This document shows positions 25,849 through 40,476 of a stretch of 64,000 nucleotides of DNA, piece after piece. The position numbers were made by a program, and so were the translations under genes. The stretch's first letter is position 1. The number at the start of each line of letters is the position of its first letter. The notes beneath the pieces are model-generated. The model worked only from the letters and a program-made list of their open reading frames with translations, searched no databases and was not told the DNA's origin. The DNA is from Laetmonice hystrix (taxonomy: Eukaryota), in NCBI GenBank assembly GCA_965235115.1, contig OZ249436.1, positions 35,404,001-35,468,000 on the forward strand. Reading direction: 5' to 3'.

Positions 25849-28800
25849 TTATACTCTCTTGTGCCAGGTTTTGCTTGTGATGTTTCGCACTCTTGCTGTC
25901 TGTAATATTTAGAAGAAAAAAATACTGAAATAATCTTAGAAAACTTGTGACTTCTCCCAATTAATATTTTAGGTTCTTTGAAATGGGGGTGGATGGTAGG
26001 TTAACTTTAGAGAAATATATAAATATGGTATCCGATGTGTGGACGTGCTTCTTTTTTTTACCCGAAGTGTTGTGTCAGTCTTTATAACATGGTACCGGTC
26101 AATAGTCTGCCCACTGGCTGACCGCAAGAGAACAAGACCACAGTGTCTCCATTCAGGCCAAGCTGACACTATGCTGAAGCCTCCGTTTTCTTTTAAGCTG
26201 TTATGTTCAGTGACTTTTTAAGGAGGTACTTAACTTCATTCTAAATGAGGAAGGAAAGAAGTGTTATGAGGAATTGGTGATTCACTATACCCACCACCAC
26301 AAGCTGATTGCCGATAACTTCTCGGGTCATCTGTGCATCGAGGTGAGGATCATCCTTGTCACGATGCAACTCCACAAACTTGCCATCCTCAACGTTCACC
26401 TTACTCTGAAACATGAGAAACATTCAGACTGGTAATGATGGCAACTGGGCACATTCAGACTGGTAATGACAACCATCAGACACATTCAGACTGGTAATGA
26501 CAACCATCAGACACATTCAGACTGGTAATGATAACCATCAGACACATTCAGACTGGTAATGACAACCATCAGACACATTCAGACTGGTAATGAATGTAAA
26601 ACACCTTTAGACACATTTAGTGGTGATGACCATCAGACACATTCAGACTGGTAATGAATGTAAGACACTTTTAGACACATTTAGTGGTGATGACCATCAG
26701 ACAGATTCAGACTGGTAATGATAACCATCAGACACATTCAGACTGGTAATAAATGTAAGACACTTTTAGACACATTTAGTGGTGATGACCATCAGACACA
26801 TTCAGACTGGTAATGATGGCTGTCAGACATTCAGACTAGTAATGACTTTTAGACACATTTAAACACATTCAGATTGGTAATGATGACTTTCAATCACATC
26901 CATACCGGGATTGATGACCGTCAGGCACATTCAAACTGGGAAAGAAGACCGTCAGAAATGTACTGGTGATGATGACCATCAGTCACATTCAGACTGGTAT
27001 TGATGACAATCAGACACATTCACACTGGTAATAACTTTTAGACACATTTATACACAATCAGACTGGTGATGATGATCATCAGTCACATTCAGACTGGTTA
27101 TTCAAACAGGCGATTCCAAGGGATAGGTCTACTTCAAAGATTCTTCAGACAGACACTGAGCTGTGACTAAGCGGTGATAGTATGTAGGCCATCTTGGTAC
27201 GTGTAGTCGTAACAGTACTTAGCAAATGTTAGTTTTTTAAAGGCTACAAGATAGGAATGATTCACCGTTGAAATGGGGAATCGCCTATGCAATGAGCACT
27301 CAGACACCCAGGTTCAAGTTTTATGGTCACACAAAACAAAACACAATACAAAACAGAAAGTGTAAAGTTGGCAGTGCACTCAAATGAATATAAAGTCTCA
27401 ACAGTTTAAGGCGTTTCAGTACCATCGCCGTTTCGGCACTTCAACAAGTGATACTGTTCACTGACATCTTGTATGACTTAAAAACGTTTGCAAAGTTCCA
27501 TGTTTTTACAAGATTTTAGCTGTTTGAATCACTAATCTATGATATTCGTTGTCTGATCAGTTTTGTGGCAAAGCTCTAGGGAAGAGGGCGCCGTGATCCC
27601 ATCGAAGCAAACAAAACTTTCTGCACTTTCTAAGTACAGCTGTGGGTAGTATGTACAAATGGTAATTTTAATCAGGGTTTCTTCTCTTTGGCACAAAGTT
27701 GGCAATAAGAAATCCAGTAGCAAGTAACTGACATGCATACAAGTTTAAAGAAGCCAGGTATAGATCTTTCTATTTTACAAAGGGCCGAGAAAGCGGGAAA
27801 TGGTCCTACCTTGATTGGTCTGCCATCCAGTGTGTAAGAGTCAAATTCCTTGCCAATGGTGTAATTGAAAGTTCGGCTCATACCGTTGGGCATATACACT
27901 GTGTAGGTCCATTTGTCACCGTCACGCATATACTCCATTGTAAAATGCATGTCAGAGTACATCTGCCGCTTCTCTTCCTCCATGTCTGCCAAAGAAGCAA
28001 AGGTTACAGTTAGTAGGAGACCAAAGAATAATCATCCTGTGTTGCATAATGCATCGGTAAAGTCTCAATAATATGAAAATGTTAGATGTTATTTTGAGCA
28101 TAAAGGTCTACACAGGGCCGTACTCGGTCAAATACGGCTAGGGGCCATATGTAGAACATAAATTTCAATCAATTTGTCAAAAAGGGTGTTTTTCCTCCTT
28201 GTCAAAAAGGGTACTTTTCCCAGATACCAAGCGACTGCAATGACAAATTCCTAAGACACTCGTTTAGATACGCTTAGTGAGAAACATTAGCAGTGGTTAG
28301 ATGGACACCAACCAGTGTTGTGTTATGATTTGGCCATCCCAAGCCGATCCACACTTTTAGTAAGTGTACGTGGGCCCAGATGCTGGAAGGCCGGTGACAG
28401 GACGAACTTCGATGAAGACCGTCACTGGGTGAACGTGGATCATATCAAACAGCAGCCATGGCTGTCATATCGCTTTTACTTGATTGCCCATCACATTTGA
28501 TTTAGCCACACCGGGTCGTTGCCCTTATAAAACTAGACAGGAGTCTGGTGCAGTCTATTAACATGGCTAGAGATTGGAGATCCACTCAAACAAATTGTAA
28601 GTAGCAATCCCATACTATGGCATAGTGTCGGGTATAGGGTCGTATTTGATGGAATTAAAAGTTTGCTTTCAGTTCAAAACTTTGATGAGAAACCAATCCA
28701 ATATCCAGTATCCAATATCATAACCTGTTCTCGTGCGAGGAGGAAATGCTAGTTATGTGTACTGAGTTGCAAGGGGTTTGGAGTCGAGGTCATTTCCCCA

Positions 28801-31800
28801 GCAAAGTTTCCGAGGACGTGAGACCTGCATCGTTTATTTGGTTTTGACTTAAGTTAGAAGCGGCCTGATCCAAGTAGTGGTACTGTATTGACTAGTGCAG
28901 TGTACTTAAAGCCCTCTCCATGGCCTGTTTTAATATTTCCCTATCTTTTACAATCTAATTAAAAGCTTTCATTCGAAATTGGCAAATCCGTCTGCTTATT
29001 CAGTAGACAAGTGCCCAGGAAAGCTAAATTGCATGAAATTAAGGAGATCTTTTTCAGTTAAAGCCCAAGTCCGGATCTCAGCGCTGTGTTGGGTAGCCAG
29101 TAGTCTCATTATTTTTAAAAAGATTCTTCTGGGAATAATGAATTGTGTGGTGGCGGCAGTGAGTCTGTGTTCGAGTCGACAGTGATAAGGCGGATAATCG
29201 GGCTGTCTGCCAGACAGTCCCCTGTTATGTCTGTGGTGATTTTATGGACTTTCCTAAAGCAGACAGTCCCCTGGGACGTTTTGGTTGAATGCTTTTGTTC
29301 AAATTCAAAATCTGAAAGATCTTATCCAGACCAACTCTGTAAATCAAAGCAATAAGAATGACAATGATCAGGTTTGAAGTTATTGTTTTGGATTTCACTG
29401 TTGGTTTTAAAAAATCCAGAATGCCTTGATCATGTTACAAAAAGTAAGGACAGACATTGGGTTCTAGTCAAATCCTGTTTTCCCAGCTGTGACGGCACAG
29501 TACATAAATTCGCCTTCGAGCCAGAAGTACCAAGTGACCCTTCATTATTCTAACAAGATTTGCCTTAAATTGCGATCGAATCATGCACTCCAGCTAGAGA
29601 GCGAGGCGCTGGCCTGACGCATCCGCAGACCAGCCATTTAGTACGAGCCGGGCGGTGATTTTGATTTCTTCCAGAGTGTCTTCATTTATGGTTGATCTGA
29701 GATTCATTAGGGAACATTACACAAAGTTTTATGTCATAATAAATGTCAATGACAGATCCCTGGAGGCTACAAAGAAGGGCTTCTGGTTGAGGGCAATCTT
29801 TAAGGGACCCTTGCTGTATGACAGGCAGAAGGATTTCATTAAGATAGTGTGCGTGGCAATTTTTGGTTGCTGGACATTGTTTCCTTGACATTGTCCCATG
29901 CGTCATCAATTGCTATAATCAGTGTCATGATTTCTGACGTGGTCGTCGCTACGATGGCCAAACAGATCTTACTGCAGGAGGCCAGGGACTGCAGGGGTTA
30001 GGGACATTGGTCATGAACCCTTGTGAAAGCATCGAAGCCTTTGTGTAGATCATTCACTTTGAACTGGAATTCGCTGTACAAATTGTTATGGTTCCCTCCT
30101 CGACCCTTTATAATAAATTGTGTATCATCACCACATTTCAAGGTCCAGAGATGACGGACAAGAAAATATCACATTCAGAATTGTCACTGAAAGAAAAAAA
30201 AACAAGCAGAACTTTTACAAACAGGAGATTACGAGTGCAACTATTGGAGTTGTAAGGGCACATCGGTACTTTGCTGCCATATGAGAATCAATCATGCGTG
30301 TCTGCCAACATTCCGTCTGACCTGATATCTAGGTGTCTCGGTATAATATACAATGAAAGTCTGGAATCGTTACCTAGATGCCTCTTATATTATTCTGCGG
30401 AAGTTTGGAATTCACCTACTTTGAGCCTCGTAGTGTGACTAAATGCGTGGGTCGGGTAGTGTAATGCCACACTACCGCTAGACAAATTGGCCAGGATAAC
30501 GGCCCTGAAGCCATCGGTACCAAATGAAAGAGTAGAGCAGTGGGATGGTTAAGAGGTATAATGGGAGCTAAGGGCCATACTTCATTCAGGACAAACCGAG
30601 TGATGCATGCCAGTGTGTCCTTGAGAGGTCATGCGGGGACGTTGCATCATCGGCGCTGTTTCACCCCCCACCTCCCCCCTCCCTAAGACATGCCGGCCGG
30701 TCTCCGGGGGCGAAGGGGTGGGGAAGTGTTCAGGAACTTTCATGGCAGCCCAACTGCACCCGGACCGGTGCTGTGTCTCCCTCAGAGTAAATAGAGTCTG
30801 GCCAAAGTCTGGGGTAGACGGACGCTGATGTAGCAGCAGGAGAGTAATATCCAGATTTGATATCAGTGATGGAAACATGAGGGTGGAAATCAATGCTGAC
30901 TGTTTGCTATTACCCAGGATGACGTGACCAGATGCAGCCACGCGCTGCCATTGGAGTGATTGGGGGTGGGGTGGGTTGGGATGGGGGCTGCCTCCATCAG
31001 CTCCAGCACAGCTGGGGCATTATGTAACAATCCAAGGTAATGGCATTTGTTCAGGATCCGCTTTATGCTGGTAATTCTGTTATCTTTTGCCGGTCATAGT
31101 AGGATTAATGCGGCCCAATAGATGTTTTATATAAGTTTTATTGGAGGCATTTTTCACTTGAATTGGTGCTGGGAGCCGTTTCCTGTATTTTGTGGAGACA
31201 GACGGCGAGACTGGGGGATAATGCTTTCATCCATAAATTGGTTGTATTCATTACAAATTACCTATTGTCTGCTGTTTTTTTATGCCTATTCAATCACAAT
31301 AAATCAGAGGTCGGTGCATGTTAACATTTCAAAGTTAAATTTGGCCGTTACTTCAGTTTAAGAGACTCCGCTAATAAACGGAAATCCAGTGTTAGATAGA
31401 GTCGCGTATATGGTTTTCAACTCAAGGCATAAAACTAGTGGGATTGAGTTGAGTTGAGTCGGGTCGGTAGGTTTATGACAGGTGTGAAAGGAATGTCATT
31501 CCGCCGGTGTATAAGTCTGCCGGACTGGGATTGCCGATTCTTGGCCGTCCACTTCGTGGTTTAGGACATTAGAATTAAGAAAGTTAACATTATGAAGATG
31601 TATTGATATTAATGGACTTCAAGTTTCAGGAATCCGGGTCCGTTGGACCTATATATTGGGGATTGCAGGTCCGTCGGACTTGCAGTCCAGGGGGACTTGT
31701 ACTGCTTTCGCTAACGAGCTCACGAGTCGTATATAGTTCACGACACGTGAATTTCTTTCCAACTGTATTACGACAGGGGAACACCACTCGTGAATTCGGA

Positions 31801-34800
31801 GGTTCTCGTAAGGAACAACTTTGTGACCTTAACTTTCACATCCGAACCATACGAGTTCAGACTGGTGGTGACAACGAACTAGCTTGTTTCTTACAGGTCG
31901 ACATGAGTTGTATTCACGATCACTACCGAACGCAGCTTAAGAAAGCTCTTACGCCAGCTTTCTAGGCCTGCTTCCCTTAAAGGTGCTATTCGTCTCGCGC
32001 AGATTGGCATTTCTCCTATCATACATTGTGCACATAGTACTAGAAAAAATTCCTATCGATACCATTGGCCTGATGAACCTTCTATTAGTCTGTGTGCAGC
32101 ATTTGAAACCTATCTCGGTGCGCACCGAGATAGAGCCATTTCCTATGGTGGGGCGTGTCAGGGTCTCCACAGGCCTTCTGAGAGAGCTCCATTTGTGCCG
32201 TTATCCATGAAAAATTTTGATTTCCTTTGTTGTGAATCTATTTCCATGATAGGTGGGATCACATAAACGTCAACAAAATTAAAAATAAAAAAATTGAAAT
32301 TTTTTTCACGAATAGCACCTTTAATGCTCACTGAATATTTCAGCCCTTGTCTGCAGAGCTGGTAACCACAGCTGAATTGACCGAGGTGACCCCAGGAGAT
32401 GTGTGGAAGGAAGTACACAAATGTACAGAAAACCTGTCACCACCCCAAGCACTGGGCAGACCATCTTAACAGACCCGAATCATTGAGATCATTATTTATT
32501 TCAGAAAGTGATGGACAGTGTCATACATGTTGTATAACCACCCCCGTAGGTATCTCCGGACAGAATGCGTAGATCCAGGAGTCATTCGGTCTTGGTTAAA
32601 ATGTAGTGGTTATTTCACGTAATGATCCAAAGCGATGCTGACGCACAAGCTGACCAAGGTAACGTTTATCTCTGGCCGTGATTTCTTTCGGTCTACCAGA
32701 ACCAGGTCTGGCTCAAGATACATACTGCAGGAACCGTCTACGGACTCTTGTCACAGTTCGTACAGAACATTGCAGGCGTAATGCGATTTGAGCAGCAGAG
32801 ATACCATCTCTACTGAGCTCAACTATTAGTTTACGTTCCCTCTCAGATAGACACCTCATAATGTTATTTCTCCACCACCGAATCGATCGAAACACATGTT
32901 GCGTAACTCTGTGAACTTTCTAGTGGGTTTGAACTTTCTAGTGGGACCTCAATCACTACTATATACCGAGCCGTTTCAAGTACTCAGTCATTTAAATGAG
33001 CGCTACTGTCTGAACTCTTGCAGGCGTGCGGTGGAGTGGTGACAGGTTTTGTGCTATGTGAGTGTATAAACGTGTGGACATAAAGTTTCATGTCGGCTCC
33101 CGTTAAACTTCTGTCAATATATTTTGTTTGCCCTTAACGACTCCTCTTATTTCATGTAATTCCATCCATAATGAAGTGTCTTTCCAAACATTATATTGAT
33201 ATTACCAAAACATTATAACGTTAGGGGATTTTCCTCTCACTAGATCGCAGAGTCGTACGTAAAGACACTCTGTTGATTTATGGACTTTACTCAAGCTACA
33301 TATTGAACTTTATAATATTATCTGCTGTGAAAGTTGATGATTCTGTCAAACTCAGAAAACATTGCCATATTTCAGTGCCCTTACTCAACTTAATGATGCA
33401 TGCAAGGAGACCATGTAATGATTATGCACCAGGTTGACTGCAGCGCGCCTCCCAACACCCCAGTTCCCTCAGCAGTGGGATCTAGGTTTAACAGCTGTCT
33501 GGGCCCGTTTTATTACAACATCTACACGTCCAGACACCGGGTGGGTGCGTAAAGAGGCATCACGTCTGGGTGTAATTGCATACCCAGCACGTTCGACCAT
33601 TTAAAAGGCCACATGTTTGGTATTGCAAAGTGCCCCACCATGTACGAAATAACTCACGGATGCTCCATCTTCAAGCTTTAAAAGCCTCTACAATTTGTCA
33701 GAAAGATGCACCATAAAGATGGTGCAGTTACTATATAAACCAGGCACCGTTATACTGATCGGGGTGCCAGTCAATGAGCCATGTAAATATTGGATTAGTC
33801 ATTGGTCGAGTTGTGTCAAGTATTTGGCCAGTTGTTGATTTAGTTGTCACGCCAGAAAGCCATTATCTTATGGCATGAGTATTCCTTGCGGCAACGGCTT
33901 CCTGTGTGACCTGCGACATGTTTGAGATGAAGACCTGCATTATGTCTCGTGCAGAAAGAGTTTTGACTTCATAGCGACCTTGGGGGTGGGGCCTTCTACC
34001 AGAAAATATACTTTTTTCTAGCAGTACTTGCAGTGGTAGTTCAAATGATGGCAAGTAGGGCCTTTGGGGGTTGGGCTTGTAACAAGAAAACAGGGACATG
34101 TATGCAGCCTAAAATTGCTGGAGGGGGGGGGGGGGGGCAGTACTAGGTTCGGAAAGGTACCCTGATCTCGATCAGACGGAATTGGTGTTCCCGTAGTGCT
34201 CCCCAGTTCCCCAAAAATCTGTGAGAGCTATTTTTAAAGGCGCACTTCTATTAAAAGGGCGCCTGCTCATAAAAAGGAACCTTTTTCATCAAGATTACTG
34301 GGGGGGGGGGGGGGGTACGGCCTTGGAAAATAGTATTAATATTTATACTATTCACCACCCACACCCACTGGTCAATACATGCAACCAAGCCGTAAATCTG
34401 CCAAGTTTAAGGAACCTTGAGCAGTGCTCGGATTATGTAGTTTTCTTGCCGACAGTCACGTAGTGCTTTACGTGCATGCTCAACATGACTTGCAGCAGTT
34501 ATAGAAATGTCGTCAATCATCAGATATCACTACGACAAAACCACCTATCATGTTGGTAGAAAGAGTTCATGCGTTTCGGAGCCTGCCTGCGAGGGGACTG
34601 TCTTGACGGAGTAAATCACACCAAATAGTGTGGGAGTATCAGTCTCAATTACGCCAACGCAATATGTTTCAGGCGCAGTGATATACATACGCACCCCGGC
34701 AGGTTTCACACACACAGCCCCCACCCACCCCCAAACACACAAAAACGAAAAACATGACAAAAAAAAATATTGTCTAGACTGAAAATGGCAACCAACTGCA

Positions 34801-37452
34801 GTGAGTAGCATTGTTGTGCTTGAAGCATTTGAGGCCAGATCAATTTACAAATTATAACCGATGAGGGAAAGGACCGGCTGGATGTTGAATAATTCACAGG
34901 GATGCTGTCCCAACGATTAGTGAATCACCTGTTCTGGGGAAAGGACTTAAAACACAGTCCGGGGTTAACCGTCCAGTCGGCTGCACTCGGCCAGTCGGAA
35001 CTCGTACTGGTTGCTAGCGGTTTCGTACTCGGTTGCCTGCAGTGTGTAGACAGTCAATGGATCACTGACCTTTGATCATGACCTTTAAATAATCTTTCTT
35101 TGGAATTCTGTGGATTATTATGACATAGAGGATCTAAATCATGGATTTTGGAAATAGGATGATTTTCTCTCGATTTATAAAGTTGTTGTAGAAGAATGCA
35201 AATAATATTTTTTGTCAAGATTGTTTTCTTTTTCAATGTTCCGTTTGCCAGTCGTATAAACGGTGCCATACAAGTTCCCATCGAAGGCTATAGAATTGCA
35301 AGGAAAACGCAGTATTTTTTCAAATGCGCGATATTGATGGTAGGAATTATATCTGGACGAAAACTGCGCACTCGGGCACTGCGCTCAACCCGTTTACAAG
35401 AAGTGGCAAGGGGTCACATTGATTAATGAACATGAGCCATTCGGGAACACTGTGTTTGTGGTTTGACGTCCTGTCGGCAACTGTTGGCTATCTTCATCAC
35501 GGGGACCTGGCCTTTAAGCTAAGCAGAATTACGGCAGCCCATAGGGACATAGACCTTTAGTGTTTTTAACTTTCTAGATTGATTTTTATCGATATTTTCA
35601 TATTGATAATAATTTATAGTGGTAATATTTTCACCGCAGTGTTATTTCCACTGCCGTGAAAAGTCCATTAAAAGCGATGTAGAAAGTTAAAGCTTGCTGC
35701 TGAGAGCCTTTCTGAAACCGGGCACAGGTCCTACTGTCGATAAGTGGCAAGGGTTCTTTTTCGTGCAACACTTCATAGCAGAGTGTCCATCCTATGGACC
35801 TTTCCAAATCGGGATTTAAATTGTAGGGGAAATCTTCGAAATCTGGAGGCCTTGGAACACAATTTCCAACACTCAGATAAAATATTTCTTTGAAAAAGGC
35901 TCTGTAAATTGATCGTCATTCTAGGCTTGTTTTCCATAAAAAATGTTATTGCAATAAATTGCAATTCTCGTAATTCGTTTCATCGTATGAGAATTTGACG
36001 AAAATATCTTTCTGGGCTCGTTGCTCGTGGGAGCAGATCTTCCAGATCGGGATTTTTCCTATCTTGACTGATTCGGGATTTTCAAGGGTACTTTGTTTTG
36101 TAATCCCGACGAAATCGGGATGATTGGACACTCTGTCATAGTCACAATACCGATAGTCCAGTCGCCAACCGATATTTGACGCCGACTTGTCGCTGGAACA
36201 GACCAGTATGGCGACTTTATCTAGTCAGGGTTGATCACCAGACGATCTCAGTGACTTCATTCAACAACGTCGCTGATTAACTGCTCTGATTAGTGGGTTT
36301 CAAGAGAAATGGGTTGAAAGGAAATGAGTAGAGTCGGATCGGTACGTGTATGCCCGTCCCGCCCTTTGATAACCGAGTTAGGGGCACTGGGTGGGCAAGA
36401 GGCGCTGGCCAGTAGTAAGGGGTGAACCCACGAAATGCTGACTGAAGGTTTTAAACATAGCCAGCTTAAATCTAGTCGGCCACTCTCCTCCATCGGGAAC
36501 ACAGAAAGGCTGCTTCATGAAGGATAATGAGTCTTAGAAATCTGGAAGGAATTTATAAGATACCCACTCAGCCTATGTGACAGTGCTCTGGAGAGTCGCG
36601 ATTGCAAGGAAAACTCGCGTAGTGGACCCTACAGTCCACTGTATACTAGAAGAAAGTGTAGTAGGGGTTTCCGATCTAGAGGTTTAACTCGTCACATCGG
36701 GCTGATGGACCCTGGCATGTAGTCAGATACTCTGGCAACCCATATATGTAGGCCATGCCACATTAATCCATGGTAACGAGCCGTACCCGAATGGCATGCT
36801 ACATCGCAAGGACATATTGGCAAGCGCACAAGCTCATAGCAAGACTTGTCTATGAAGACAAACACGTTGAGAAAAATATAGATCGACTTTTTAAATCTAG
36901 AGTAAATCTAGTGGCAATTCACAACGTAGGTCACGTGTTTAAGTTAATGGCAGTTATGGATTAAAGATTTTAAGTGTCGTAAAATCACTTTACTTTAGTT
37001 AGTAAAGCGACCTTTAGGACATCGAGTATTGCTCCGTTATTACCTCTAAACAAACTAGTTGTAGTCAATGGACACTTATGGGAGTACTTGTTCTGTACAG
37101 GGTGATTTCTTTTTCCAACATAAACCACTTTATCAAATTCAGAGTTGACTTCGACACCTGATCATACCAAGAAACAAAATTACAGGTAATTATATCTCCA
37201 AGAAGATCATTCTGGATTATGTTACTGCGAAATGAACGAATTCTACATCCTGCAAGTGTGTAATCTAAAAGTCCAAAGGAAATAAATTCACTGCTATCTG
37301 CCCTCAGAACCAAAACATTGACTCATTTTTCAAGTCGATACAAATAAAAAAAGAACGTAAAAAGAAAACTCACCAAAGGCTTTAAGCATCTCGTCCATAT
37401 TCTCGGTGCTGGTCACCTCCCACTTGCCGATGAAGGCGTCGATGTCGGTCAT
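25849..37452 (-). CDS. Intracellular lipid-binding protein (FABP family), 138 aa
   Basis: Four exons: 37452-37374 (MTDIDAFIGKWEVTSTENMDEMLKAF, GxW motif), 27985-27810 (...FNYTIGKEFDSYTLDGRPIK), 26405-26295 (...AQMTREVIGNQLVV), 25899-25849 (TARVRNITSKTWHKRV*). Classic FABP 4-exon layout with phases 1,0,0; 417 nt total; first intron 9.4 kb. Confidence 0.9.
26420..27100. repeat. About 31-bp minisatellite in FABP intron 2, abutting the exon-3 acceptor
   Basis: Unit ACACATTCAGACTGGTAATGACAACCATCAG with variant subunits; decays away from the exon. Confidence 0.9.
31981..32320. mobile_element. 340-bp MITE with TTAA target duplication (Kolobok-like)
   Basis: TTAA|AGGTGCTATTCGT ... ACGAATAGCACCT|TTAA, perfect 13-bp TIR. 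Confidence 0.8.
32426..33053 (-). mobile_element. Internally deleted Tc1/mariner element with transposase N-terminal remnant
   Basis: TIRs CAGAAAACCTGTCACCAC / GTGGTGACAGGTTTTGTG with TA at the left flank. From 32859: MRCLSERERKLIVELSRDGISAAQIALRLQCSVRTVTRVRRRF (HTH), an in-frame TGA, then ARPGSGRPKEITARDKRYL...SVRRYL (GRPK linker and second HTH). No DDE domain. Confidence 0.85.
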
Positions 37453-40400
37453 GGTTGCTGTGGTCCGATCCCGGACAGGTTCGGATGTCCTGACCGTTAC
37501 TTGACAGGTGTCCCTCTCTCTGGCTGGCTGGCTGGCTGGCAGGCTGGCAGGCTGGCTGGCTGGCAGTCCTCCCACTCAAGATCCTATGCTCAGTCCTCAA
37601 GTTGGGCCAGAAGCAAGCCACTCACTGCTCCGTCGGTAGTGGGACTTTTGCGAAGAGGTTTTTTCTGTAGTAGGAGCGGGGTAAAGAAAGTTTGCTATGA
37701 GGTCTGGGTTTGTTATCAGTTTAGTGTTAGGTATTCGACCTCCAGCTGCCGGGTGCTCTCCGTGTAGGAAGATAGCGGCTGTCAGCTCCACACCTTGATG
37801 GTGTTATCACCTTGGGGTCGAGAGGTGCAGTGGAGGACCGTCAGGAGGACCGTCAGGAGGACAGACTCAGGACGCTGGAGCACTCATGGTCCGGCTGTAG
37901 CCACCGCTGGAGGCACACAGGGAGCCTAATGAAGAGTTCTGCTCAACCAGCGGCAGCAGCAGCAGCAGACTAGAAGTTGGTCTCTAAGAAAAGTGTGTGG
38001 TATTGTTGTGGCAGGAATGCACTTCACAAAAGTGAGCTGGTTGCAAGAAGCCGGATGAAGGGTGGAGAAAATATAGCACTGGGAGGAAGTGACTGTCTGA
38101 TGGAGGTGTGGTGGGCTGGAGGGCTGATTGGTGACCCAGCTACAGGAGTCTACTACAGGCGATGGTAATCAGCACCAGGCTGTGTGGAGGGAGGAGAGAG
38201 AAAGAGAGAGAGAGAGATGTCTGCGGTTCACCCTGATCCACACATTTCCCATGCTTGGGCCACCACTCTTATGTACCCCCGAGCCACGCATAATCTAAAG
38301 CTCATTATCGGTCGGTCTCGGTGGCAGCATGGCTAGGTGGGACGGGGCGCTCAATGGTGACATGTAACACCCACCAGAAATTATGACATCTGCCTATGAA
38401 TAATAATTGGGGTAATGCCAGTCAGGCCCATTAATAGTGGATACCGGCAGGCTGGGAGGCTGGGCCCCTGGCCAGAATATGCTAGACAGAGAGACAGATA
38501 GAGACAGGCAGACAGACAGACCAACAACAGACAGCCGAGCACATTGCAAGGGGTGACTGTGGACATTTGGCTCATCAAGCCGGTGGGCCAGTGATGCGGG
38601 CCACCCTGCTCCCCCTGTCTGAGCCAGTGGACTAGGCTCTGTTGGCTACACTAAACATGCTCTCTCGACCTGGTCAATAATCAAAGGAGACATGGCCAGA
38701 CGTCCGCCAGACACACAGACAGACAGGCCTAAGTGATGGCTTACATCACTGTCTCCCGCCGGGACTAGCCAAGCGGTACTCGCAGAATGGGATGAACCGT
38801 GCAGCTTGGGCCAACATCCAGCCATTCCTTCATCTCATTGCCAGTCCGCTCAGTCGGTGATGAGTTGGGATCAGGAAGAGCAGCCACTTCCCATGAATAT
38901 CATCGGTGCGAGGCATTCGCCAAAAAGGGATGGTTTTAGTTCACTAAGAATTACTTTTTAGATGAGCGCTTTTATACTTGAAAAGTTAATCAGAAGAGTG
39001 ACTTGTCCTGTACTGCCAGACTGAGACCAGCCCGTGAGGAGCAGCCGTGGCGAGTAGGGCATGAATGGGAACTTTCTGTTTCGATTCTCATCTGGTTCGA
39101 ATGGCCCTCCTCTTACACGCCCTTTTAGCGTTCAAGGAGGACCACATGGCTCAGCCTTCCCAACTCTGGATGACTCATCATTCTAAAGTAATAGTTCGCT
39201 TGCTCGAATAGTTAATGTATGGAAGTTGTGAAGTCAATCAAGATCAGGCACCGACGATTCCTATGTAGATTCATAACACCTTTAGATAAGCACTTACGAA
39301 TGATGAATGAAGACATATGAAGTTTCTTTGTGGATCATGTATCAAAGATATTCTCACATGGAACGCATCTCAAAAATACAAATCGGGCATAGTTCCTATA
39401 CCCCAGATAATTAGTTCCTACCCAGTTGGGGGATGTGACCCCGACGGGGTCTTGTTAAATTTTCCGTCATTTGTGTGTGGGAAGGGGGCGGGGGCTTATG
39501 TTTCCCCAGGCCTGAAGGTGCTCTTTAGTATTCTACCCCCCCCCCCCTCCTTCATGAAATCCTGGATCCGTGCCTGGTAATCCTGTAATGTGAAAACGGT
39601 ACCTCTGTCAGCTGGCTCTCCGTGTAAATGACGAAACCACTCTCGTTTATTTAATGTTCCACTATGTCTGTATTAATCAGGCAGTGTATATGTGGGGGTC
39701 TGCGTTGTTGTTGTTGGGAAGTCAGTCCGGGCAGGCGAGATTCCCCTGGTGGGGCTGTGGAAATATAGCCAGAGAACAGTACACGCAAGGTGGCGTTCAC
39801 GTGACCAACCTCCAGACAGGGTTCCCACTGGCGCTAAAAGTTCTAGGGGGGAATGTGAAAAAAAATTGTATACACTTTACTCGTAAAACTATTTGCTGTC
39901 AACATGAGAAATAGTCATGGAAAATGGGAGATTTGGATGCACGAGTCTATTGGGATTTGGGGAGGATACACCCCATGAAAAAACTTACATAGGTTTAAGA
40001 TTAATGCCTGCTACATATTTTCTCCATTCATGGGAACACCGCCGTGCCCCTTTTTGATCTGCCCCTAAGTTATTCGAAGAAAAGTTACATGCTGAAAAAA
40101 AGTGTACACGAGCCAACAGTATGAGAACGCTATATAAAGCATGTAGTGCAACTGCAGTGTGCAACTGCAGGACGCTGGCCGAAGCCCTGTATGTTTTCCT
40201 TCATGGCTGCGAGTAACTGGATATGACGTTGTCGCAGTGGTACGCTGAAATACTCGGCATGTAGTCAGGCCATGATTAGTACGATTCCCACCTGATCTTT
40301 ACTGTGCGGTCAGTCTCTGTGAGTGTCGGAAACACAGGGCACTCGTCCCATTCAGACGGTTCCCCAGTGCCGGTCACCGGTGGAACGTTTTCGGTCATAT

Positions 40401-40476
40401 TGTCCTTGGGAGGGGGGGTAAGGGAGAGGGGGATCGGGAGGGGGGGGGGGGTGAAAGGCTAAAAAAGGTAGGCATC

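Noticed and set aside
30540..31200. Enhancer-like intronic sequence with homeodomain-type TAAT/TTTAT sites
   Set aside because: Motifs are too short to support without conservation or chromatin data.
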